DNA from: Limisphaerales bacterium
Lineage (GTDB): Bacteria; Verrucomicrobiota; Verrucomicrobiia; Limisphaerales; JAJOIW01
Reading direction: 5' to 3'
Length of the DNA stretch: 13,370 nucleotides
Assembly (NCBI GenBank): GCA_965657355.1
Contig: CBFHOE010000001.1
Span: forward strand, 308,855 to 322,224
The notes below the pieces were generated by a model. The model did not search any database. It was given only the letters and a program-made list of their open reading frames with translations, and was not told the DNA's origin. The translations under genes were made by a program, and so were the position numbers. This document shows, one piece after another, positions 1 to 7,785 of the stretch (its first letter is position 1; each line of letters opens with the position of its first letter).

Positions 1-1395
1 GTCAAAGCTAATATTAAAGGATTTAAAAAACTATACCTCGGTGTTGGCGACTCCAACGATGGGTCCGGTAATGACCATGGGGCATGGTTTAATCCAACTC
101 TTATAAGAGGGGATGGAACTAGAGTGCCTTTAACGGAATTAAAATGGAAGTCAGCTAAGGGTGGATGGGGAAAAACACTAGTTAATAAGGACTGTGTTGG
201 TCGAGATTTAAAAACAGCTAAAGGGGAAGATGTCGAGTTTGGTATCGGTACACACTCACCGTCTATCATTGTCTATGACCTTCCCGCTGGGTTCGTTCGA
301 TTTGAAGCATCAGCTGGCATGTCAAGTTCTGCCGGTGGTAACGGTACTGTAGTCTTTACGGTGGGATCTGAAGCTCCGGATTTAGAGGGGCAAAAAGAGG
401 GTCCTCACGCATCACCAAACTCGGCGATAATACTCCCACACGTGGCTGTTCAGTCCGCTGTATCGCTTGGTGCATTTGATGAGGCACTCTCTTCGATTGG
501 GACGCCTAGAGAAAGAGCAGGGCTTTGGGCCTTAAAATATATGCATAAATCCGAGGTCGTCGATGGTCTGATTGACAAGTATTACTCTGCTGGTTCGTCA
601 TTATCTCAGAAACGCATTTTAACAACTTTGATTAGGCTTTATCACAGGGAAAAAAATTATGATGGCAGCTGGTGGTGGGGAACCCGCCCTGATACCAGGG
701 GGCCTTATTATCGAACCGAAACTTGGGACGCCTCTGATAAGATAGCTGCTTTTCTTAGCAAAACCTGGACAGGTGATTTGAGTGAAGATGTTTCCGCTGT
801 TATGAAGGCACAATTATTAAAGCATCGAGTTTCTGTTGATGGAATTAATCTAGAGGCAGAGAGGGAAGTTAAAGCCGAAGTCGAAAAATCAGACGTGGAT
901 CTCTCAGCCATTACCTCTAAACAGGGCGAGGTTGGTAATATGGCCGTTGAAGATATTATTATTGCCATTGAAAAAATTAAGGGAGACGAAGAAAAAGGGC
1001 GCAAATTATTTAGTCAACAAGGCTGTGTAGCGTGTCATACTCTCGACAAAAGCGAGCCGCTTAAAGGCCCTTTTATGGGGCATATTGGTGGTATAATGAA
1101 CCCCGAACAAATTGCGGAGGCCATTATCAAACCGAACGCCACCATTAGCCAGGGTTTCGCGACCTTCCTGGTTTCTACGAAATCTGGAGAATCATACGCC
1201 GGTTTCATATCTGCTGAAACGGCAGATGAACTTGAGATTCGCGATATTACTGGCCAAGTCAGGAGGGTTAAAACTTCGGATGTTACGGAAAGAAAAGAAT
1301 TGGAAACTTCAATGATGCCGCCAGGTCTGGCATCTGCGCTCAGCCTTAAGGATTTCGCTTCACTAGTTCAGTTTTTAGCGAATCAGAAAAAATAA
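1..1395 (+). CDS. PVC-type heme-binding CxxCH protein with NPCBM/NEW2 module (5' partial, begins before the window)
   Basis: Frame 1 is open from base 1 (VKANIKGFKKLYLGVGDSNDGSGNDHGAWFNPTL...), so the track start at 124 is internal. NPCBM-like motifs are present (LTELKW..GWG, GIGTHSPS.IVYDL, VVFTV), followed by a helical middle region. The C-terminus resembles the Pirellula/Verrucomicrobium-type cytochrome c domain (TIGR02603): GDEEKGRKLF...CVACH (1024-1038)...GP...PNATISQGF...SMMPPGL. Confidence 0.88.
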   Translation, partial: VKANIKGFKKLYLGVGDSNDGSGNDHGAWFNPTLIRGDGTRVPLTELKWKSAKGGWGKTLVNKDCVGRDLKTAKGEDVEFGIGTHSPSIIVYDLPAGFVRFEASAGMSSSAGGNGTVVFTVGSEAPDLEGQKEGPHASPNSAIILPHVAVQSAVSLGAFDEALSSIGTPRERAGLWALKYMHKSEVVDGLIDKYYSAGSSLSQKRILTTLIRLYHREKNYDGSWWWGTRPDTRGPYYRTETWDASDKIAAFLSKTWTGDLSEDVSAVMKAQLLKHRVSVDGINLEAEREVKAEVEKSDVDLSAITSKQGEVGNMAVEDIIIAIEKIKGDEEKGRKLFSQQGCVACHTLDKSEPLKGPFMGHIGGIMNPEQIAEAIIKPNATISQGFATFLVSTKSGESYAGFISAETADELEIRDITGQVRRVKTSDVTERKELETSMMPPGLASALSLKDFASLVQFLANQKK

Positions 1396-1429
1396 AGTTT
1401 GTTTCTTTGCAAAACATATCGTGCTTGAA

Positions 1430-1446
1430 CGGGCCTAAAAGGCCCG
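1430..1446 (+). terminator. GC-rich hairpin downstream of the CxxCH gene, possible terminator or transcript-stabilising stem
   Basis: CGGGCCT-AAA-AGGCCCG is a perfect 7-bp inverted repeat 34 nt after the stop codon. It has no convincing U-tract, so intrinsic termination is uncertain. Confidence 0.35.
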
Positions 1447-1516
1447 CACAAATTCCTATAATACAGTCTCATGATGAGTTTGTGTGATGGTTTTAATATA
1501 AGTTGAATTCGGCAGC

Positions 1517-2164
1517 ATGACTTTGGATAAATTTAAACGGCGGCTAAAAGATTTCCGCAAAGGAGTTTCCATTGATCCCAGTCAATTTAATGATCCCTTG
1601 GCACTGGAGGTAGATTGGCTTCCATTGGCGCCAGGCGGAGCTAATTTTAAAACTAAACTCTTAAAAAAAACCAATAGCTATAGATATCAATTCGAACCTT
1701 CAGTAGGAGCGTTAATATTCTATTGGTCATTTGTCCTTATGGGGCTTGGGGTAACTGTCTGGGGATACTTTTCTGACGAATCAATGGCAACCATAATATG
1801 CGGTGCCATATTTGCCATTTTAGGGGCCTTCATGCTGACTTCCCAAACTAAGCCTATTATTTTTGATAAAGGTAAGGGATTGTTTTGGATAGGAAAAAGT
1901 CAGCCCAGAAGCAGGCTAGTTAAGCAAAGCAAAAAGCAGAAGAGCGCAAATATTCCCGATATTCATGCTTTGCAAATTTTAAAGGAGTATTGCCGCGGGA
2001 GTAACCGATCCAGAGGTTATTATTCATACGAATTAAACCTTGTCCTTAAAGATGCTTCACGTATTCATGTTATTGATCATGGGAAATATGATTCGCTTAA
2101 ACAAGATTCAGAAACTTTAGCCGAGTTTCTCAGGGTTCCCATTTGGAATGGAGCTAGTCAATAA
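1517..2164 (+). CDS. Hypothetical membrane protein (two adjacent TM helices plus soluble C-terminal domain)
   Basis: 215-aa ORF with two hydrophobic segments (VGALIFYWSFVLMGLGVTVWGYF and MATIICGAIFAILGAFML), followed by a beta-rich region (PIIFDKGKGLFWIG...YSYELNLVLKDASRIHVIDHG). No function recognised. Confidence 0.8.
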   Translation: MTLDKFKRRLKDFRKGVSIDPSQFNDPLALEVDWLPLAPGGANFKTKLLKKTNSYRYQFEPSVGALIFYWSFVLMGLGVTVWGYFSDESMATIICGAIFAILGAFMLTSQTKPIIFDKGKGLFWIGKSQPRSRLVKQSKKQKSANIPDIHALQILKEYCRGSNRSRGYYSYELNLVLKDASRIHVIDHGKYDSLKQDSETLAEFLRVPIWNGASQ

Positions 2165-2342
2165 CTCAGAATTTTAAAACCCGTAAAATCTAAAAATCTT
2201 ATCAAAAAAATTTCGGGCTTTTTACAGAGTGAAATTTTAAGCATAATCAAGCATTTGGATATGTAGATAATCAAATCACTTACTAGATGGCATCATTTGA
2301 ATATTTAAGAAAACAGTATAATCAGAGAAGTAAGTGAGGAGG

Positions 2343-2417
2343 TGGCGACCCTACCGGGATTCGAACCCGGGTTACCGGCGTGAAAGGCCGATGTCCTAAC
2401 CACTAGACGATAGGGTC
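2343..2417 (-). tRNA. tRNA-Glu (anticodon UUC)
   Basis: The reverse complement reads GACCCTATCGTCTAGTGGTTAGGACATCGGCCTTTCACGCCGGTAACCCGGGTTCGAATCCCGGTAGGGTCGCCA. It has acceptor stem GACCCTA/TAGGGTC, anticodon loop CT-TTC-AC, T-loop GTTCGAATC and an encoded CCA; length 75 nt. Confidence 0.98.
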
Positions 2418-2431
2418 ATCTAGGACTGCCA

Positions 2432-2479
2432 ATCATATTTATTTCTGGCGTTGTGTCACGATTTTTTTTTATTTTTTTT
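2432..2479 (-). promoter_or_regulatory. Sigma70-type promoter for tRNA-Glu with UP-element-like A-tracts
   Basis: On the minus strand: -35 GTGACA (2459-2454), 16-bp spacer, -10 TATGAT (2437-2432), ending 14 nt before the tRNA 5' end. Two A-tracts 10 bp apart lie upstream (2462-2479). This layout is typical of stable-RNA promoters. Confidence 0.7.
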
Positions 2480-2670
2480 GATGAGTTTTTCCACAGATGG
2501 CTATTTAAGAAAATTTCTTTCAATTTCTTCAAATTTGATATGAAGGGAGCCAAAATGAGTATGAATTCTAATCTGAGAAATTAGGCCAAGGAAGGTGACA
2601 ATAATTTGTAATCTTTTATTGCAATTAGTCAGAATATTTATAATAAACCAAAAGCAATCAAGGAAATGTG

Positions 2671-2745
2671 ATGATGACTATAATTACTATTGCTGCCATT
2701 TTAGCAACAGCATTCGCGACGTTGCTGATTTTTAGCAAAGACTGA
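2671..2745 (+). CDS. Putative 24-aa single-TM microprotein MMTIITIAAILATAFATLLIFSKD (below the ORF-track length cutoff)
   Basis: ATG at 2671 to TGA at 2743-2745. An SD-like AAGGA at 2660-2664 lies 6 nt upstream and a perfect TATAAT sits at 2639-2644. The product is 21 uncharged residues followed by an SKD tail. Confidence 0.5.
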   Translation: MMTIITIAAILATAFATLLIFSKD

Positions 2746-2766
2746 CACAAATGTGAGATAATCACT

Positions 2767-3555
2767 TCATTCTTTAAACTCTATTCTGGAGAAGCTGCCC
2801 GTTTTTCTATCGTCCATATCAAATCTAGACACCACTTTTTGTCCCTGTATTTCTCTGATACCTCCCACTGAAAATCGCTTTAATAGGCGCCCATTGAGAT
2901 CATATGCTTCAGCTTTCATTGGCCCAAGAGTTTTTTTGTCAATCCAAGTGAGAATCTTGCTGTAAACCTGTGGCTCTTTTTGTTTGCTTTCTAGGACATA
3001 GGCTTTTCGCCCACTTTTTAGGGTGTGTTTGGTCACGACCTGGGAGGGCCAGAATAAAAACTCAAATCCCATATCTCCAACCATAAATCCTGATCCCCCA
3101 ATTGTGACAAATGGATCATTAAGTTTTTCTATCAGGGTCCTTCCTTTGGCATCAACCTGTCCGAAGGTGCGGTAATATTCATTCGGTCTATCTGGCCTTC
3201 TGACAATAAGGTATTCATTTCTCACTCTTCCATTAAGTTCTGCAATCTGAAAGACGTTTGTCCAGGTCATTGAAGGTGAGGTGTAGACAGTTGACGAAAT
3301 TTGCATCCTCTTTCTCTCCCCAGACCTTGACCGAGTTGTTAAAAAACCTTTGGTTTGATAGTTCTCTATGGGTGCGCGTGATAATATAAGGCTGGAAAGT
3401 TCTTTGCCTTTTTCTTCCGGAGTTGCGGATTCATCAATTGGTGCATCAGAGTCACCCATTACGGTTAATGGACTTAGATAGAAAATTCCTGTAACTAGCC
3501 ATAGTAGTGCGAAAAGCAATCTGTATCTGTCTTTTGTATTCTCATTCTTCATCAC
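2767..3555 (-). CDS. Outer-membrane lipoprotein-sorting protein (LolA-like family)
   Basis: N-terminal signal-like segment (RYRLLFALLWLVTGIFYLSPL). Family-type motifs: GGSGFMVGDM (GSDF..D-like), GRKAYVLESK, YSKILTWIDKKTLGPMKAEAYDLNGRLLKRF and MDDRKTGSFSRIEF. The start is GTG 3555 or ATG 3552. Confidence 0.8.
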   Translation of the reverse strand: MMKNENTKDRYRLLFALLWLVTGIFYLSPLTVMGDSDAPIDESATPEEKGKELSSLILSRAPIENYQTKGFLTTRSRSGERKRMQISSTVYTSPSMTWTNVFQIAELNGRVRNEYLIVRRPDRPNEYYRTFGQVDAKGRTLIEKLNDPFVTIGGSGFMVGDMGFEFLFWPSQVVTKHTLKSGRKAYVLESKQKEPQVYSKILTWIDKKTLGPMKAEAYDLNGRLLKRFSVGGIREIQGQKVVSRFDMDDRKTGSFSRIEFKE

Positions 3556-3621
3556 ATTTAATATCCAATCTATAAAACAAATAAATCCTAACCAAAAGGA
3601 TAGACGAAAATTGTTTTGAAA

Positions 3622-4413
3622 TTATTTAAATGACTGTTGGGATTTTGACTTTTGGCTTTCAAGGTCGTTCAAAAAAAACTGCAATCCCTCACGTTCTTTG
3701 TCTCCCAGACTATAATAAATCGCCCTTCCAACGTATTTTTTTCTGAAATCCTTGGTGTACTCCCGGTTGTAATGATGGATATAAGTGAGGTTCTTAAGTC
3801 CTCTTTGAGCTATAAAATTGAGGGAATATTCTAGTTCTGATTCCCTTAAATTTTTTCGCATTAGCCATCCAGCATAGACGAATGGAAGACCTGTCAATTT
3901 GGTCCACATTTCCCCAAGGTCCAAGTATTGGTGGGAATGATTTGAAAATTTAAAGTCAATCGCTGGATTCCCTATGAGTAAAATATTTTTACTGAGGTGT
4001 GCTTCTGGGTACGACAATTTCATGGGACGAAGAACTGGATCTAAACCCATTTTACGAAGAACAAAGCGAAGCAACTGGATGCTAGTTCTGGTGGCCGGAT
4101 CGATATCTATGAACTTCATGGCTTCCAATTCTTCGGTATGGGCCAAAAAGACACTTAGGACAGGTCCAGCTGAGCAAATCCCGTATTCCGTGCCCAACTC
4201 ATAATCTGGAAGGTTAAGTAGTTCCGTTACGCTCAATAAAGCCGCATCTAGTTTTCCACCCTCAAGGCGTTTGGCCAAACGGTTTGGTGGTTCTAATTCA
4301 ATGAAATTTTCGACACCAAAGGTTAGTGGTGCTGCATTCAAAAAGGGAACAGACCCAATTCTATAGTTGTTTATGCTTTTGAGAATTTCGGTGGGCAGTG
4401 GGGAGATTTGCAT
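3622..4413 (-). CDS. mqnA: Chorismate dehydratase MqnA (futalosine menaquinone pathway)
   Basis: Motifs RIGSVPFLNAAPL, LDAALLS, GICSAGPVLSV, DPATRTS, LLIGNPAI and DLGEMWTKLTGLPFVYAGW match the MqnA branch of the MqnA/MqnD family; 263 aa. Confidence 0.9.
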   Translation of the reverse strand: MQISPLPTEILKSINNYRIGSVPFLNAAPLTFGVENFIELEPPNRLAKRLEGGKLDAALLSVTELLNLPDYELGTEYGICSAGPVLSVFLAHTEELEAMKFIDIDPATRTSIQLLRFVLRKMGLDPVLRPMKLSYPEAHLSKNILLIGNPAIDFKFSNHSHQYLDLGEMWTKLTGLPFVYAGWLMRKNLRESELEYSLNFIAQRGLKNLTYIHHYNREYTKDFRKKYVGRAIYYSLGDKEREGLQFFLNDLESQKSKSQQSFK

Positions 4414-4428
4414 GAAATAAAACCGATT

Positions 4429-4968
4429 TCAAACGATGTCTGATGATTTAAAGAATTGCGTTCCAGACATTCCGAGGTGATCCCAGAGTGGTTTTAGATC
4501 GCTATCCAAAACAGCTTGTGCTTCGAAATATTCCTTGTTTGGCGAAATCCGAGCTGCTTTTTGTAATGCGTCTATAGCCGCATCGAAACTCTTAAGTTTA
4601 GTGAGATAGCAAGCGAGGTTATAAACTAAGTCCCACTCCTCAGGAAACTCCTTAATTTTTTGAGTCGCAAGGTCGCGAGCCATTCCAGCCTGCCCACTCC
4701 AAAATAGAGCGTTACAAAGACGAACCCATGTTCCAGGGTCGGCCGGTGAGACCCTAGTTAATTCTTCCCCATAATGAACGCAGTCTTTCCATGATTCTTT
4801 TTTTCTACTTATTTCATAAAAAATATCAATGGACTCCGGCTGGGATAATTCATCGAATTGGAGATCCGATGCCTCTTCCTCTGCGCTTGAAAGATCTCCG
4901 AGCTCCAACCAACCCCAAATGGAGGAAATTTTGTGCTTTAGGAGTAGTTTCTTTTCTCTTGAATCCAT
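4429..4968 (-). CDS. Tetratricopeptide repeat protein
   Basis: Helical repeats (P..PGTWVRLCNALFWSG), N-terminal GWLELG, and a C-terminal YNLACY...A...L.KA...DSDLKPL capping motif. Confidence 0.82.
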   Translation of the reverse strand: MDSREKKLLLKHKISSIWGWLELGDLSSAEEEASDLQFDELSQPESIDIFYEISRKKESWKDCVHYGEELTRVSPADPGTWVRLCNALFWSGQAGMARDLATQKIKEFPEEWDLVYNLACYLTKLKSFDAAIDALQKAARISPNKEYFEAQAVLDSDLKPLWDHLGMSGTQFFKSSDIV

Positions 4969-4977
4969 GAAATTTGT

Positions 4978-5682
4978 TTAATGAGCCAGTTCTCTAGACG
5001 GATTAAAAGTATCAAAGAAATCTGATGCATCCGCAATAACCATATCTGCTCCGGAGTCGATGAGTTCCGTTTTTGTTCTAAAACCCCACAAAACCCCGAT
5101 GGCATAGAAACCGGCATTGACAGCAGTTTTCATGTCCGTTGATGTGTCTCCGAAATAAACAATTTCCTCTGGTTTTAATTTCCATTGCTTAGCTATTTCA
5201 AGGGCTCCTGACGGGTCTGGCTTAGCCATGTGTCCTTCTCTTAGTCCGAGAACAGGCTCAAACTCCCTATCAGGAAAAAAATCATCAATGCATCGCAATG
5301 TGAGGTGATGTGGTTTGTTGGATAGCACACCTAGTTTACATCTCTGATTTTTAAGAAAGTCCAAAAGCTCAGCGACTGGCGGGTAGGGAGTCGCCTTCTG
5401 GTTTAAAAATTTCAAATATCTCTCTTTCATGGCATTGAGGCAGGTTTTGACATTAACCTGGTCTCTTGCATTTTCAGGCAATACCCGTTCCATGAGTGTT
5501 TTAACTCCATCGCCAACGTGATATTTGTATGATTCCACAGGGTGAGTTGGGTAACTCAAATCGTTGAGAACAGAGTTGGCTGCATCCGCGATATCTTCCA
5601 ATGTATCCAGTAAGGTTCCATCTAGGTCAAAAATCGCCCCTTTAAAAAAGGGGGAGGGTGTGTTTCGAGATTTAACACTCAT
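4978..5682 (-). CDS. HAD-superfamily hydrolase subfamily IA (phosphoglycolate phosphatase-like)
   Basis: Motif I FDLDGTLLDT, motif II LSNK, motif III KPDP, motif IV GDTSTD, and the C-terminal GVLWGFR. Confidence 0.92.
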   Translation of the reverse strand: MSVKSRNTPSPFFKGAIFDLDGTLLDTLEDIADAANSVLNDLSYPTHPVESYKYHVGDGVKTLMERVLPENARDQVNVKTCLNAMKERYLKFLNQKATPYPPVAELLDFLKNQRCKLGVLSNKPHHLTLRCIDDFFPDREFEPVLGLREGHMAKPDPSGALEIAKQWKLKPEEIVYFGDTSTDMKTAVNAGFYAIGVLWGFRTKTELIDSGADMVIADASDFFDTFNPSRELAH

Positions 5683-5801
5683 CAGGAATAAGTATAGTAG
5701 ATCATAAAGAATTCAGTCAGTAAGATTTAAGTATCCTTTGTTTTTAGATAATATCTAGTTTGGAGGAGCATATAATTTGAGGATTAGGGTAAAAAAACAT
5801 A

Positions 5802-7742
5802 ATGTTAAAATCTCTTAGAAAAATAATCGGTGCTATTATAATCATAGTTTTGACACAAATGATAAATATGCAGAGCGTTAAAGGTGAATTGCCTCCATTA
5901 GTCCCTATGGAAGATTTTTTCAAAAATCCGGTAGAAGCTGGTCATTCATTGTCCCCGACGGGAAGGAAAGTTGCTTTTCTGAAACCGTGGAAAAATAGGA
6001 TGAATATATTTTTTCAATCGGTACCACGTGGAAAAGAGATCCAGGTTACAAAGGTCACTAATAGAGATATTTCAGGGTTTTTTTGGGCTAATGATAATAA
6101 ATTGGCCTACATTCTGGATGAAGGAGGGGATGAGAACTTTCATATCTACACTGTAAATTTAGACGGAAGTGGCCAAAAGGACCTCACACCTTTTAAAAAT
6201 ACTCGTGCTTCAGTAATTGACGATCTGGAGAATGACCAAGAGCACATGATTATCAGTCATAATTCAAGAGATTCTCGAGTGATGGATGTTTATCGTGTCC
6301 ATGTAGATACCGGAGAATTGGAACTCATCTTCGAAAACCCGGGTAATGTTGTCGGCTATGTGACTGACCACGAGGGAAAACTGAGGATAGCCCTGTCTTC
6401 AGATGGTGTTAACAACAGCGTTCTTTACAGAGAAGACGAATCTAAAGAATTCACAAATCTCGTAACAACTAATTTTAGAGAATCTTTGTCTCCTTTGTTT
6501 TTTACATTTGATAATAAAAAGTTTTATGCGACATCCAATTTAGGCAGAGATAAGTCAGCTATCGTCGTTTATGATCCATCAGCGAACAAGGAAGAAACCG
6601 CTATCTATGAGCACCCACAGGTGGACGTTTCGGGCTTGCTCAGATCAGATGCGAGAAAGGTGGTGACAGGTGTTTCTTTTGTCGCAGCGAAACGCGCTTA
6701 CCATTTTCTTGATCATCAAAGACGTGAGATGCAGGAATTTCTCGAGTCAAAGTTTCCTGGACTTGAAGTTTCCGTGGTCAGTTCGAGCCTTGATGAGTCG
6801 AAATTTCTGATTCGCACTTACTCAGATAAAAGCCGAGGTGATTATCATTTTTTAGATTACGATAAAAAAGAGGTGGCTCACCTTGCTGAAATCAGCCCGT
6901 GGATTAATAACGAATACATGGCTCCAATGGAGCCCATATCCTATCAATCGCGAGATGGGATTCTCATCCATGGATATTTGACACTTCCTGTTGGGATCGA
7001 AGCCAAGGGGTTACCTTTGGTTGTCTTACCTCACGGAGGGCCCTGGGCCCGCGATCACTGGGGGTATCAACCAGAAGTTCAATTCTTGGCAAATAGAGGC
7101 TATGTTGTTTTGCAAATGAATTTCCGGGGGTCGACAGGGTATGGTCGCAAATTCTGGGAAATGAGCTTCAAGAAATGGGGCAAAGAAATGCAAAATGACA
7201 TCACTGATGGCATCGATTGGCTCGTGTCAAAAGGCATTGTGGACCCCAAAAAAGTGGGTATCTATGGCGCTTCCTACGGAGGATACGCCGTCCTGGCAGG
7301 TATGGCGTTTACTCCAGAGATTTATGCCTGTGGAGTCGACTATGTTGGCGTTTCCAACCTTTTTACGTTACTCGAATCAATTCCTCCTTATTGGGAACCG
7401 ATGAGGCAAATGCTATACGAAATGGCTGGAGACCCGGAAAAAGACAAAGATTTAATAAAGGAGATATCACCTGTCTTTCATGCCGACAAGGTTGCTGCGC
7501 CCCTTTTTATTGCGCAAGGAGCTAATGATCCAAGAGTTAAAAAAGCTGAATCAGATCAGATGGTTAAGGCTATGAAAAAGAGGGGGATTGATGTTCCGTA
7601 CATGGTTAAGGACAATGAGGGACATGGGTTTAGGAATGAAGAAAATCGATTTGAATTCTACCGAGCCATGGAGCAATTTCTCTCAAAACATCTTCATGGT
7701 CGAATAGGTGAGGGTAAAGACATTCTTTCCTCGTTGGAATAA
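5802..7742 (+). CDS. S9 family serine peptidase (dipeptidyl aminopeptidase/acylaminoacyl peptidase), probably exported
   Basis: PHGGPW, NFRGSTGYG, nucleophile elbow GASYGG, catalytic Asp in GANDPRV and His in NEGHGF. It has an N-terminal beta-propeller-like region and a signal-peptide-like N-terminus. Confidence 0.95.
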   Translation: MLKSLRKIIGAIIIIVLTQMINMQSVKGELPPLVPMEDFFKNPVEAGHSLSPTGRKVAFLKPWKNRMNIFFQSVPRGKEIQVTKVTNRDISGFFWANDNKLAYILDEGGDENFHIYTVNLDGSGQKDLTPFKNTRASVIDDLENDQEHMIISHNSRDSRVMDVYRVHVDTGELELIFENPGNVVGYVTDHEGKLRIALSSDGVNNSVLYREDESKEFTNLVTTNFRESLSPLFFTFDNKKFYATSNLGRDKSAIVVYDPSANKEETAIYEHPQVDVSGLLRSDARKVVTGVSFVAAKRAYHFLDHQRREMQEFLESKFPGLEVSVVSSSLDESKFLIRTYSDKSRGDYHFLDYDKKEVAHLAEISPWINNEYMAPMEPISYQSRDGILIHGYLTLPVGIEAKGLPLVVLPHGGPWARDHWGYQPEVQFLANRGYVVLQMNFRGSTGYGRKFWEMSFKKWGKEMQNDITDGIDWLVSKGIVDPKKVGIYGASYGGYAVLAGMAFTPEIYACGVDYVGVSNLFTLLESIPPYWEPMRQMLYEMAGDPEKDKDLIKEISPVFHADKVAAPLFIAQGANDPRVKKAESDQMVKAMKKRGIDVPYMVKDNEGHGFRNEENRFEFYRAMEQFLSKHLHGRIGEGKDILSSLE

Positions 7743-7761
7743 ATAGTCGTAATCCCAAATA

Positions 7762-7784
7762 AAAGGCTGATGGGCATGGCCTTT
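7762..7784. terminator. Possible bidirectional terminator between the convergent S9 peptidase and trkH genes
   Basis: AAAGGC...GCCTTT inverted repeat in the 43-bp gap between the two stop codons. The stem is short and imperfect. Confidence 0.3.
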
Positions 7785-7785
7785 C

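Noticed and set aside
124..126. GTG start assigned by the ORF track for the CxxCH protein
   Set aside because: The frame is open back to base 1 with NPCBM-like sequence, so the gene starts before the window.
2177..2223. AAAACCCG...CGGGCTTTT inverted repeat between the hypothetical gene and the tRNA, as a possible terminator
   Set aside because: The stem is short and imperfect and the loop is very long.
2540..2584. 14-codon ORF MKGAKMSMNSNLRN with AAGGGAG upstream of the internal ATG at 2555
   Set aside because: It is too short and featureless to distinguish from chance.
2752..2766. Canonical CRP site
   Set aside because: The spacer is 5 nt rather than 6, and it lies between convergent stop codons. 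It is kept only as part of a low-interest motif observation.
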